Assembly: GCA_028289135.1 (NCBI GenBank)
Contig: JAQGGW010000005.1
Span: 70,758 to 134,757 of the forward strand
Direction of reading: 5' to 3'
Source: Candidatus Saccharimonadota bacterium
GTDB lineage: Bacteria; Patescibacteriota; Saccharimonadia; Saccharimonadales; JACDBH01
Length of the DNA: 64,000 bases
The position numbers were made by a program, and so were the translations under genes. The notes under the pieces are model-generated. The model did no database searches. It saw only the letters and a list, made by a program, of their open reading frames with translations, and was not told the origin of the DNA. Every line of letters begins with the position of its first letter. The first letter of the stretch is position 1. This document shows, piece by piece, positions 27,772 through 37,222 of this stretch.

Positions 27772-28416
27772 ATGCCTGCGGTAATTTGCCCGACGATTAC
27801 CGCTTTTTCTGCGGCGCAGTACCGCGAACAGCTGCAAAATATCCAAGGTTTTGCAGACCGGATACATATCGACCTAATGGATGGCGTATTTGCGCCGACA
27901 ACTTCAGTGGCCATTGCTGATGTTTGGTGGCAGCCCGGGCCGGCGATTGATGTGCATGTTATGTACCAGCGTCCTCTGGAATATTTGGAAGAGCTAGTGG
28001 CATTAAAACCGCATATGATTGTTGTCCATGCCGAGTCCGAGGGTGTTTTAGAGTTCTTGCACGAAATAGACGGGCTTGGCATCAAAAAAGGACTTTGTTT
28101 GCTTAAAGACACTGCAGTAAAAGACGCAGAATCTTTGGTACGCGTGGTTGACCATGTGCTGATTTTTAGCGGCGAGCTGGGCAAATTTGGCGGCACGGTT
28201 GATTTGGCTTTACTAGAAAAAGTTAAGCAGCTGAAACAGATTAAACCAAGTCTCGAGATTGGCTGGGATGGCGGAATTAATCCAGAAAACGCGGCCGCAT
28301 TGGTCGCTGGCGGGATTGACGTTTTAAACGTCGGCGGCTTTGTCCAAAAGGCCGAAAACCCTGAGGAAGCCTATGATACACTTAAGGCTGTAACAAGTGA
28401 GGGCATACGTGGCTGA
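27772..28416 (+). CDS. rpe: ribulose-phosphate 3-epimerase
   Basis: RIHIDLMDGVFAP...TIM-barrel epimerase motifs. Confidence 0.85.
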   Translation: MPAVICPTITAFSAAQYREQLQNIQGFADRIHIDLMDGVFAPTTSVAIADVWWQPGPAIDVHVMYQRPLEYLEELVALKPHMIVVHAESEGVLEFLHEIDGLGIKKGLCLLKDTAVKDAESLVRVVDHVLIFSGELGKFGGTVDLALLEKVKQLKQIKPSLEIGWDGGINPENAAALVAGGIDVLNVGGFVQKAENPEEAYDTLKAVTSEGIRG

Positions 28417-29272
28417 TCAACCATCCTACACAATCGAAGAGCTGGAGCTTAAGGCTGTCCAAATCCGCGAGGATATTATCAAGATGCTCGAGCATGCCAA
28501 GAGCGGCCACTCGGCCGGGCCATTGGGGCTTGCTGACATTTTTACCGCGCTTTATTTTAATATTTTAAAACACGACCCCAAAAACCCTGATTGGGAAAAA
28601 CGCGATATTTTGCTGCTAAGCAACGGCCACTGCGTGCCGGTGCGTTATGCGACCATGGCCAACGCCGGCTATTTTGACCGCAGCGAACTTAAGACACTGC
28701 GCGCATTCGGGTCACGCTTGCAGGGCCACCCGGAGCGCCTAAAACTGCCAGGCATGGAAACGACAAGTGGGCCGCTTGGCAGCGGACTTAGCCAGGCTTG
28801 CGGCATGGCACTTGGCCTGCGGATGAATAACGAACTTCACCGCTGGGTCTATGTGGTGATGGGCGACGGCGAACTCAACGAGGGCAACATTTGGGAAGCG
28901 GCCATGCTGGCCAGCAAATATCACCTTAGCAACATTATTGGGATTATAGACCGCAATAACATCCAAATCGACGGTCCAACAGAGAGTGTTATGCCGCTAG
29001 AAGACCTTCGCGGCAAGTGGGAAGCATTTGGCTGGCACGTTATCGAAGTTGACGGCAACAACATTGATGCCTTCATCGACGCCTGCGCCATGGCCCGTGC
29101 CATTACCGAAAAGCCGATTATGATTATTGCCCACACTATCCCGGGCAAAGGCGTGGACTTTATGGAATACGACTTCCACTGGCACGGCATGCCGCCTGAT
29201 CACGACCAGGCTGTTAAGGCGATGCATGAACTCCGAACACTGCAAGGCAGGATTGTGAGTGAACATGAGTAA
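28397..29272 (+). CDS. transketolase, N-terminal (TPP-binding) subunit
   Basis: GHSAGPLGLADIFTALYF and GDGELNEGNIWEA. Split-tkt arrangement. Confidence 0.85.
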   Translation: MRAYVADQPSYTIEELELKAVQIREDIIKMLEHAKSGHSAGPLGLADIFTALYFNILKHDPKNPDWEKRDILLLSNGHCVPVRYATMANAGYFDRSELKTLRAFGSRLQGHPERLKLPGMETTSGPLGSGLSQACGMALGLRMNNELHRWVYVVMGDGELNEGNIWEAAMLASKYHLSNIIGIIDRNNIQIDGPTESVMPLEDLRGKWEAFGWHVIEVDGNNIDAFIDACAMARAITEKPIMIIAHTIPGKGVDFMEYDFHWHGMPPDHDQAVKAMHELRTLQGRIVSEHE

Positions 29273-29702
29273 TACTGCCACAAAGCCGGCAAAAAAAGTT
29301 AACGGCCTAAAAGTTTTGGTGGCCTTTTTAGGAATTATTGTAATTGTAGCGGCGCTTGGATTTGCTATCCAGCTGCTGCGCGGATCGGCCAGGGCAGATG
29401 ACGCCGAAGCGCCAAAACGACCGACAATTGCGGCCAGCTACCAAGCCATCCCACCGCCATCAGAGCTAAAACTGTCGGAGCATCAAACCGTGAGCACTGG
29501 CACTCCGAGCGAAGTTTATTTTTATACTTTTACAACGCCAAAACTAACAGCCTCGGATGATTTTGCCGCTGCTCTCCAAAAATCCGGCTACAGCGTTGTT
29601 AAAGGCACCGATGGTCTGCTTTTTAGCGCGTCAAAAGATGCGACCATTAGCCTGAACTTTACGTTTTCGGATCCTAACCAGTTGAAAGTAGTAGCAATAT
29701 GA
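29259..29702 (+). CDS. hypothetical membrane-anchored protein inserted between the transketolase subunits
   Basis: 147 aa with one N-terminal TM (LKVLVAFLGIIVIVAALGFAI). Overlaps the tktN stop by 14 nt and the tktC start by 4 nt. Confidence 0.45.
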   Translation: MNMSNTATKPAKKVNGLKVLVAFLGIIVIVAALGFAIQLLRGSARADDAEAPKRPTIAASYQAIPPPSELKLSEHQTVSTGTPSEVYFYTFTTPKLTASDDFAAALQKSGYSVVKGTDGLLFSASKDATISLNFTFSDPNQLKVVAI

Positions 29703-30676
29703 GTGCAACGCATATAACGAACGTAAACAGAGAGCTAAACATGGAGCCGATCCGCAAGGGTTTTGGCCGCGGGCTTAAAGAGGCCGGTGAAAAAAACGCC
29801 AATGTTGTGGCGCTGGTTGCCGACCTGACGGAATCAACCCAGATTAGCTTGTTTAAAGAAACTTTTCCTGACCGGTTTTTTGAGATTGGGATTGCCGAGC
29901 AAAACTTAGTGACTACAGGAGCCGGGCTGGCAGCTATGGGCAAGATTCCTTTTGTTAGTAGCTACGCGGCATTTAGTCCGGGTCGCAACTGGGAACAGAT
30001 CCGTACTACTATTTGTTTAAACGACCGCCCAGTTAAAATCATTGGTTCGCACGCTGGACTTTTCACCGGCAAAGACGGCGCCACCCACCAGATGTTGGAA
30101 GATATTGCATTGATGCGCGTTTTGCCAAATATGGTCGTGCTTGCTCCATGCGACAGCATTGAAGCCGAAAAAATGACGCTCGCGATGGCAGAGGATTCAC
30201 GGCCAAACTATATGCGCCTGGCGCGTGAAGCTACCCCTGTTTTTACAACCAAAGAAACACCGTTTGAGATCGGTAAAGCCTATGTGTTTGACGAAGGCAG
30301 CGACATTACGATAATTGCGACCGGCACTATGACCTACCAAGCGCTGGTGGCCGCCGAAAGCCTATTTAAAGACGGCATTGACGCCGAAGTGGTGCACGTG
30401 GGCACAATTAAGCCGCTCGACGGCGAAACAATCTTAAAAAGCGTTAAAAAAACCGGTGCCGTCGTAACGGTTGAAGAAGCCCAGATTAACGGCGGGCTTG
30501 GCGGGGCTATTGCCGAGCTTTTGGGCGAAAACCTGCCAACACCGATGATACGCATGGGAATGAAAGACCATTTTGGTGAGTCTGGCGACCCGGTTGACCT
30601 GTTTGAGCACTTTGGTTTAACGGCTCATCACATTGTTTTATCTGCCCATCAACTGCTAGCTAAAAATTCTAAATAA
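29699..30676 (+). CDS. transketolase, C-terminal (pyrimidine-binding) subunit
   Basis: Pyr and C-terminal domains. An alternative start lies at Met 29741. Confidence 0.85.
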   Translation: MSATHITNVNRELNMEPIRKGFGRGLKEAGEKNANVVALVADLTESTQISLFKETFPDRFFEIGIAEQNLVTTGAGLAAMGKIPFVSSYAAFSPGRNWEQIRTTICLNDRPVKIIGSHAGLFTGKDGATHQMLEDIALMRVLPNMVVLAPCDSIEAEKMTLAMAEDSRPNYMRLAREATPVFTTKETPFEIGKAYVFDEGSDITIIATGTMTYQALVAAESLFKDGIDAEVVHVGTIKPLDGETILKSVKKTGAVVTVEEAQINGGLGGAIAELLGENLPTPMIRMGMKDHFGESGDPVDLFEHFGLTAHHIVLSAHQLLAKNSK

Positions 30677-30687
30677 GGGAGCCTGCC

Positions 30688-31605
30688 ATGTCCGACGACC
30701 AAACTGCTAAATATCTAGAAAATTGCCAAAAAGCCCGCAAAGCCATGCAGCGCGCCCGCGATCAGCACTTTGCCATTGGCGCCTTTAACATCGACAACAT
30801 GGAGACTTTAACAGCAATCGCCAAGGCAGCACAAAAGCATAACGCGCCTGTCATGATAGAAGTAAGCCAGGGTGAAGTTGATGCGCTTGGCCTTAAAAAT
30901 GTTCGCGATTTGGTAGATAACGCCAAGGATGAGTACGGTGTTGAGATGTACATTAACCTCGACCACAGCCCATCCGTTGAAGCTGCCAAAAAAGCTATTG
31001 ATGCCGGTTTTGAGTTTATCCACATCGACGTCTCCCAGGCCAACCACGATGCAACCGACCAGGACATTATTGACGCCACCAAAGAAGTCGTAGCCTACGC
31101 TGCCAAGACGACCGGAGCAATGATCGAAAGCGAACCGCATTATTTCGGCGGCGGTTCAAACGTCTTTACGACAGCCATTGATTACGATGAAATTAAGAAA
31201 ACTTTCTCAACTCCAGAGGGGGCGAAAGCTTTTGTGGAAGCAACCGGCATCGATACTTTTGCGGCCGCAATTGGCAACCTGCACGGCAAATACCCGCTTC
31301 CAAAAGAACTCGACATCCCGCTGCTGCAAACTATCCGCGACGCCATTAGCTGCAACATTTCACTCCATGGCGGCAGCGACACGCCAGGGCACTTTTTTGA
31401 AGACGCAGTAAAAGTTGGTGTCACCAAAATTAACGTAAACTCCGATATGCGCTTTGCTTTTAGGACAACTCTTGAGCAGCAGCTTAAAGACAATCCAACC
31501 GAGTTTGCCGTTGTAAAGCTTATGATGGCTGTGATTGATGCAGTCCAGGCAGTAGTTGAAGAAAAGTTGGCGTTTTACAACTCCATCGGCAAAGCAATAG
31601 TTTAA
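30688..31605 (+). CDS. fba: class II fructose-bisphosphate aldolase
   Basis: INLDHSPS...GFEFIHIDVS...NLHGKY...SLHGGSD are class II aldolase metal/active-site motifs. Confidence 0.8.
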   Translation: MSDDQTAKYLENCQKARKAMQRARDQHFAIGAFNIDNMETLTAIAKAAQKHNAPVMIEVSQGEVDALGLKNVRDLVDNAKDEYGVEMYINLDHSPSVEAAKKAIDAGFEFIHIDVSQANHDATDQDIIDATKEVVAYAAKTTGAMIESEPHYFGGGSNVFTTAIDYDEIKKTFSTPEGAKAFVEATGIDTFAAAIGNLHGKYPLPKELDIPLLQTIRDAISCNISLHGGSDTPGHFFEDAVKVGVTKINVNSDMRFAFRTTLEQQLKDNPTEFAVVKLMMAVIDAVQAVVEEKLAFYNSIGKAIV

Positions 31606-31816
31606 TTTCTAAGGATTCTTAGAGACGTGCGGGAGTTACGGCAAGTGGTTTGAAGAGGCTAAAGCGACTGCAGCCCTTGAAAGGCGAAGCCGTCAAGGCG
31701 CGAAAGGGCCTCTTCTGACTACTTGACGTAACTCAAAAATAGAAGACGTAAAAAGCTGGCTTTTTGAGGCGTACTCATGGCATACTAAGCGTAAGCAATT
31801 AAGTTAAGGGTGGGTA

Positions 31817-32815
31817 ATGAGTAATATTGACGTTTTTAGTATCGGTGACATCGTAACGGATGCTTTTATAAGGCTGCTCGACGACCAAGCTCATACCTAT
31901 GTGTCAGATGACAAAACGTATTTATCCATGCCGTTTGGAACTAAAGTGCCTTTTGACCACGCCGAAGTTAAAGAAGCTGTTGGCAATGCCGCAAACGCCA
32001 GTGTAAGCTTTGCGCGCCTAGGCCTAAATAGCGGGCTGATCGCCAACGTCGGCCACGACCAGCACGGCCGCGACATGATTACCGCGCTGCACACTAACAA
32101 GGTTGACCCGCGCTACGTCCACATTAACCCCGGTAAAGTCAGCAATTACCACTATGTTTTGTGGTACAAAGAAGAGCGCACGATTTTGATCAAGCACGAA
32201 GAATATGACTACCACTGGCCCGTTATCCACAAAACCGACATGCCAAAATGGGTGTACTTTAGCTCGATCAGCAAAAACAGCCTGCCTTTCCATGATGATG
32301 TAGCCGAATGGCTTCACGACAATCCAGACGTAAAATTTGCTTTCCAGCCAGGCACTTTCCAGATGCAAGATGGCGCAGTCCGACTTAAAAAACTATACCA
32401 GCGCTGTAATGTGTTGATCCTAAACCGCGAAGAAGCCGTGACGGTTGGCGGTGGTGACCACAAAAATGTTCATGATTTATTTGATAAACTACACGCGCTT
32501 GGGCCAAAAACAATTTTGATTAGTGACGGGCCAAGTGGTGCTTACGCCAGCGGTTCTGAAGGCCGGTTCTTTATGCCGATCTATCCAGATCCTGCGCCGC
32601 CTGTCGAACGGACAGGTGCAGGTGACGCATTTGCCTCAACCTTTGTTGCCGCGCTGATGAAAGGCGAAGATCTACAGGAAGCGCTGCGTTGGGGGCCAAT
32701 TAACTCTATGAACGTGGTCCAGCATGTTGGCGCACAAGATGGCCTGCTCACTGAAGCCCAACTCAAGACGCTGCTTAAGAACGCTCCCGAGTGGTATCAC
32801 GCCTCACCGTTTTAG
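31817..32815 (+). CDS. PfkB-family carbohydrate kinase (ribokinase-like)
   Basis: C-terminal TGAGDAFASTF anion-hole motif. An NxxE region. Confidence 0.75.
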   Translation: MSNIDVFSIGDIVTDAFIRLLDDQAHTYVSDDKTYLSMPFGTKVPFDHAEVKEAVGNAANASVSFARLGLNSGLIANVGHDQHGRDMITALHTNKVDPRYVHINPGKVSNYHYVLWYKEERTILIKHEEYDYHWPVIHKTDMPKWVYFSSISKNSLPFHDDVAEWLHDNPDVKFAFQPGTFQMQDGAVRLKKLYQRCNVLILNREEAVTVGGGDHKNVHDLFDKLHALGPKTILISDGPSGAYASGSEGRFFMPIYPDPAPPVERTGAGDAFASTFVAALMKGEDLQEALRWGPINSMNVVQHVGAQDGLLTEAQLKTLLKNAPEWYHASPF

Positions 32816-32919
32816 CTAAATTTTCTAAAACTGGGCCATCTGTCACATACACCTCTTGTCAATAGGCTTATGTTTATCCCTATTTTTAAGCCCTTGGAAA
32901 TGCTATTATAAGCATAAGC

Positions 32920-34158
32920 ATGTCAAATTATTTAGCAGATTTACTGGGCGCTACTGAACCTTTGTTTTCGATGGCTGTTAAACAGCTTGAAACTGCCAGC
33001 GGGTTGCCTGGAGCTGACGTCCGCCTGATTGCAGAAATTGTCGGCAAAATCCATCTAAAGTCTAAAGAGCTTGGGCTTGACCCCAACGACACAACCGGCG
33101 AGGAGCTGTACCATGCGCTAATAAGCAAAGTCCGTCTTCACGATGAGCATTTGGCCAAGCAAATTGGCGGTAAAGACCCGTCCGACGTCCAGGCCATGCT
33201 GCCGCTCATAAAAAAAGCGGTTGATGCATATGAAATGCCGCGAAGTGCCTGGGTCTTAAAGCGCAGCGTTGCCAAGCGGATGCTGCATGATATGCCGCCG
33301 CCAAGCATTATGAAACACCTAGGCTATAGCTCAATCGACTCAATGCTTAAGCGCGAAAATTTGTTTGAAGTTTATGGAGCGCTGCGGTTTGCAGAAACTC
33401 CAGCCTGGCTTGTAAAGTTTGATAAAACCTATAAATCTTTGACGCCGTCCGACTTTGAGACCCGCGATATTGAGATTTTGCAGATGGACAAAAAACGCTG
33501 GGGCGACATTGCCGAGGATTTTGTGCGTAAAAAGCGTCACAACATTACCCATCTTAAGGAGCTTGGCGTTATTTTGATGCTGCCGACAAACCTCGAAAAA
33601 CTGCCTGGTATTACCCTGACCGCTATGCCGTTGCTGTTTCATTACGTTAATGAAATCCGGCTTTATAGTTCGTTTTTTAAGCTCCAGCAGGTCAAGCCGC
33701 ATTTTGGCAAAATTATTGCCGAGACTTTGGTGGCCGACATTGGCTCTGCGGCTGTCATGGCTGGCAGCCATGTGCACTGGCGGGTGATCCAGCGCTATTA
33801 CGGCAAGCTAAAACACGAATATCATCCAGAAATTTTTGAGCCGCATGTCCAGCCAGAGGATTTGCATTGGCGCAAGGCCGAAGAGTATTTGTACGACATT
33901 GACCCAGAGCTTGGCTTTTGGCGTGATCTGGATTATGTGGCTCTGCTAGCTGGCAAAAATCCGATTAGTTTTAATTTACTCGACTGCAGCATGTCTTATT
34001 CAACCGGGGCAAACTATGACCAAAGGCTGTTTTTCCACATGCGCGAAAGCCTTTGGAACGAACTTTTTATCCGCTATATGGGGCAGGCAAATTTGGCTTC
34101 CCAGGTGTTAAAGCAGCTTGATAACAACATGATTGCACCAGAGAGGTTGACTGTATGA
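32920..34158 (+). CDS. hypothetical protein (412 aa), no recognisable domain
   Basis: Long ORF with typical local codon usage. ATGA overlap with the downstream LOG-like gene. No motifs identified by eye. Confidence 0.5.
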   Translation: MSNYLADLLGATEPLFSMAVKQLETASGLPGADVRLIAEIVGKIHLKSKELGLDPNDTTGEELYHALISKVRLHDEHLAKQIGGKDPSDVQAMLPLIKKAVDAYEMPRSAWVLKRSVAKRMLHDMPPPSIMKHLGYSSIDSMLKRENLFEVYGALRFAETPAWLVKFDKTYKSLTPSDFETRDIEILQMDKKRWGDIAEDFVRKKRHNITHLKELGVILMLPTNLEKLPGITLTAMPLLFHYVNEIRLYSSFFKLQQVKPHFGKIIAETLVADIGSAAVMAGSHVHWRVIQRYYGKLKHEYHPEIFEPHVQPEDLHWRKAEEYLYDIDPELGFWRDLDYVALLAGKNPISFNLLDCSMSYSTGANYDQRLFFHMRESLWNELFIRYMGQANLASQVLKQLDNNMIAPERLTV

Positions 34159-34799
34159 TAGATGATGTTGTAAGTAAAAAGGGCGATAAATTTGTGCTGC
34201 GTTATTCCATCTGTGTTTCGGGCGCAGCCGGTGGTCCGACCATTGCTGAGTCCCACGCTCTGGCAGAAGAACTTGGCAAGACCATTGCCGAAGAAGGCCA
34301 TATTTTAACAACTGGAGCTACCGTTGGCTTGCCATATTACGCCGCTCGCGGGGCAAAACTGGCTGGCGGCATGAGCATAGGCTTTTCACCAGCATCATCG
34401 TTCCGTGAGCATATTCACAAGTACCGCTTGCCGCATTTTTATTTTGATTTTATTAACTTCACCGGGCTTAATTATGTCGGCCGGGATCAGTATTTAGTCC
34501 AGTCCAGCGATGCAATTGTAACTGTTGGTGGACGAATCGGTAGTTTGCACGAGTTTGTAACGGCGTTAGAGTCCGGTAAGCCATGTGGCGTGCTGCTTGG
34601 TAGCGGTGGTGCGGCCGATATGATACCTCAACTCTTGGAATTAGAGCCACAATTTAAGCACCTCGTTGTATACGATGAAGACCCATCGGCGCTTGTCAAA
34701 AAAATTGTTGATATCCTCGACAAAGAGTCGAAAGATATTAAGGTCTCCCTGAATCACGAAGAACACTGGTTCTTAGATTCAGTGGACCACGCGGGTTAA
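34155..34799 (+). CDS. LOG/SLOG-superfamily Rossmann-fold protein (TIGR00725-like)
   Basis: ICVSGAAGG (GGGxG-like P-loop) and TVGGRIGSLHEF, which resembles the PGGxGTxxE motif of LOG-family nucleotide-processing enzymes. Confidence 0.5.
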   Translation: MIDDVVSKKGDKFVLRYSICVSGAAGGPTIAESHALAEELGKTIAEEGHILTTGATVGLPYYAARGAKLAGGMSIGFSPASSFREHIHKYRLPHFYFDFINFTGLNYVGRDQYLVQSSDAIVTVGGRIGSLHEFVTALESGKPCGVLLGSGGAADMIPQLLELEPQFKHLVVYDEDPSALVKKIVDILDKESKDIKVSLNHEEHWFLDSVDHAG

Positions 34800-34803
34800 T
34801 CAC

Positions 34804-35052
34804 ATGAAATTAGCAAAGCAGCGCCAATGGCTTTTAATCGTAATTATCGTACTCGTCTTGTTGACTGCGGGTGCAATTGGATGGCTTTTTCGCTACCAAT
34901 CAAAACCTGGCGGTCCGGTTAATAACTTCCAGGAATGCGTTAATGCTGGCGGTGTGATGACTATGACTTACCCAGAGCAATGTTACATATACGAGAAGGT
35001 CTACCATAATCCAAACCAGCATCTAAATGCCGATGGAACTGGCACAAACTGA
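34804..35052 (+). CDS. small secreted/membrane-anchored Cys-containing protein
   Basis: 82 aa. N-terminal TM, then CVNAGG...EQCYIY. Confidence 0.35.
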   Translation: MKLAKQRQWLLIVIIVLVLLTAGAIGWLFRYQSKPGGPVNNFQECVNAGGVMTMTYPEQCYIYEKVYHNPNQHLNADGTGTN

Positions 35053-35070
35053 TCCTGTTATAATAACTAG

Positions 35071-37041
35071 ATGGCTAAGTTTGAGATTAAGAGCAACTAC
35101 AAACCAAGTGGTGACCAACCGGCTGCAATCGCGGCTTTAACTGAGGGTCTTAAAAAAGGTGTCAAAGAACAGACGCTGCTTGGTGTAACGGGCTCGGGTA
35201 AAACTTTTACCATGGCCAATATTATCCAGAATACCCAGAAAACAACTCTAGTGTTGAGCCATAACAAAACTCTGGCGGCACAGCTTTATAATGAATTTAA
35301 AGCTTTTTTCCCCGACAACGCTGTGCATTATTTTGTCAGCTACTTTGACTACTACCAGCCGGAAGCTTACATTCCGCGCTCCGATACCTATATAGAAAAA
35401 GACTCCCAGATAAACGAGGAGATAGACCGTCTCCGTCATGCCGCGACAGACTCTTTGCTGCAACGTAAGGACGTTATTATTGTGGCCAGCGTCAGCTGTA
35501 TATACGGCATTGGTTCAGTCGAGGATTACGCAGGGCTTAGCATTACCGTGGCCAAAGGCGTCCGCACTCAGCGCGACAAATTTATCCGGCACCTGACTGA
35601 CATCCAGTACCAGCGCAACGACATCGACTTTCACCGTTCGACCTTCCGTGTTCGCGGGGATGTGGTGGACGTCTACCCAGCAAGCGAAGAATTTGCCTAC
35701 CGAATTGAGTTTTTTGGTGACAATATTGACAGGATTACCAAGATCGACCCGCTCACGGGCGAAATTTTAAAAGAGCTAGAAAGCCTGCAGATTTTCCCTG
35801 GTTCGCACTATGTTACGCCGTACGACAAACTAAAAGGTGCCTTGGTCCAGATTAAAAAAGAACTGGACGAACGCAGCAGCGATTTCCAAAAACAGGGTAA
35901 ATTGTTGGAAGACCAGCGCCTCAAACAGCGCACCAATTTTGACCTCGAGATGCTGGAAGAGACAGGTTTTGTAAAAGGCATCGAAAACTATTCGCGCTAC
36001 TTGACCAACCGCGAACCGGGAGAACAGCCAGCGACGCTTTTAGACTACTTTCCAGATGACTTCTTGATGTTTGTGGACGAATCTCACATGACGATGCCGC
36101 AAGTGCGCGGGATGTACAACGGCGACCGGGCACGCAAAGAAGTTTTGGTGGAACACGGCTTTAGGCTGCCAAGCGCGCTAGACAACCGGCCGCTGACATT
36201 TTTGGAGTTTGAAAAGCACATAAATAAAGTGGTTTATGTTAGTGCGACCCCAGCTGATTATGAACTTTCCCGCAGCCCGAAAGCTGTTGAGCAGGTTATC
36301 CGCCCAACTGGGCTATTGGACCCGCCGATCGAAATCCGCCCAGTTGAAGGCCAGGTGGACGACCTGATTCACGAAATCCGTGCAACGGTTGCCAAGCGTC
36401 AACGCGTGCTTGTTACTACACTAACCAAGCGAATGAGCGAAGATTTAACAGAGTATCTAAAAGAACTAAACATTAAAGTGACATACCTCCACAGCGACGT
36501 CGACACCCTTGACCGGACAGATATCTTGCGTGACCTTCGCCTTGGAATTTATGACGTTGTGGTGGGGATTAACTTGCTGCGCGAAGGGCTCGACCTACCA
36601 GAAGTTAGCTTGGTCGCCATCTTGGATGCCGACAAAGAAGGCTTTTTGCGCAGTGAACAAGCATTGATCCAAACAGTTGGCCGTGCGGCCAGGCATGTTG
36701 AAGGCCACGTAATTATGTATGCCGACCACGTTACCGGCAGCATGCAGCGCACCATCGACAAAACAACCGCCCGCCGCATTGTCCAGCAAAAATATAACGA
36801 CGAACACGGTATTACTCCTGAAGGAATCCAAAAATCGATTGAAGCCGGCATGCGCCCAGAACTGTCAGAAGAAGCAAAATCGGCTGCCAATAAGCTAAAC
36901 CTCAAGAAAATTCCAAAAGACGAATATAAAAACCTCATCAAAGACCTGACTGCGCAAATGGACCTGGCCAGCCAAAACCTAGAATTCGAAAAAGCCGCCG
37001 AACTGCGCGACATAATTACCGATGTAAAAAGTAAGTTATAG
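35071..37041 (+). CDS. uvrB: excinuclease ABC subunit B
   Basis: [15 protein letters not shown] Walker A, helicase motifs, and the C-terminal UVR motif. Confidence 0.92.
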   Translation: MAKFEIKSNYKPSGDQPAAIAALTEGLKKGVKEQTLLGVTGSGKTFTMANIIQNTQKTTLVLSHNKTLAAQLYNEFKAFFPDNAVHYFVSYFDYYQPEAYIPRSDTYIEKDSQINEEIDRLRHAATDSLLQRKDVIIVASVSCIYGIGSVEDYAGLSITVAKGVRTQRDKFIRHLTDIQYQRNDIDFHRSTFRVRGDVVDVYPASEEFAYRIEFFGDNIDRITKIDPLTGEILKELESLQIFPGSHYVTPYDKLKGALVQIKKELDERSSDFQKQGKLLEDQRLKQRTNFDLEMLEETGFVKGIENYSRYLTNREPGEQPATLLDYFPDDFLMFVDESHMTMPQVRGMYNGDRARKEVLVEHGFRLPSALDNRPLTFLEFEKHINKVVYVSATPADYELSRSPKAVEQVIRPTGLLDPPIEIRPVEGQVDDLIHEIRATVAKRQRVLVTTLTKRMSEDLTEYLKELNIKVTYLHSDVDTLDRTDILRDLRLGIYDVVVGINLLREGLDLPEVSLVAILDADKEGFLRSEQALIQTVGRAARHVEGHVIMYADHVTGSMQRTIDKTTARRIVQQKYNDEHGITPEGIQKSIEAGMRPELSEEAKSAANKLNLKKIPKDEYKNLIKDLTAQMDLASQNLEFEKAAELRDIITDVKSKL

Positions 37042-37052
37042 CTGTTTGCTCC

Positions 37053-37200
37053 CGATAGTCTCACTCCTTGGAAGTCTCGGCACATTAATTTAGCCGCTGG
37101 AGACAGTTTTACGCTATTAAATCAACGTGCCGAAACTTCCCGCAACATTAACCATGTAGCTGAAAGCTTTGTGAAGCCCCGGATGGGGCTTCACTTTTAA
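37053..37200. repeat. two-hairpin repeat element, copy A (slightly degenerate). The 3' hairpin plus T-tract doubles as the uvrB terminator.
   Basis: ggaagtctcggcacattaattta-[gccgctggagacagttttacgctat]-taaatcaacgtgccgaaacttcc, then GTGAAGCCCC-ggat-GGGGCTTCAC-TTTTaa. About 85% identical to copy B at 47891-48032. Confidence 0.55.
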
Positions 37201-37222
37201 ACTAGTGTAAAATATTAAGTAA

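Noticed and set aside
36549-37085. 178-aa minus-strand ORF at the end of uvrB
   Set aside because: It is antisense to uvrB and runs into the repeat element. No support.
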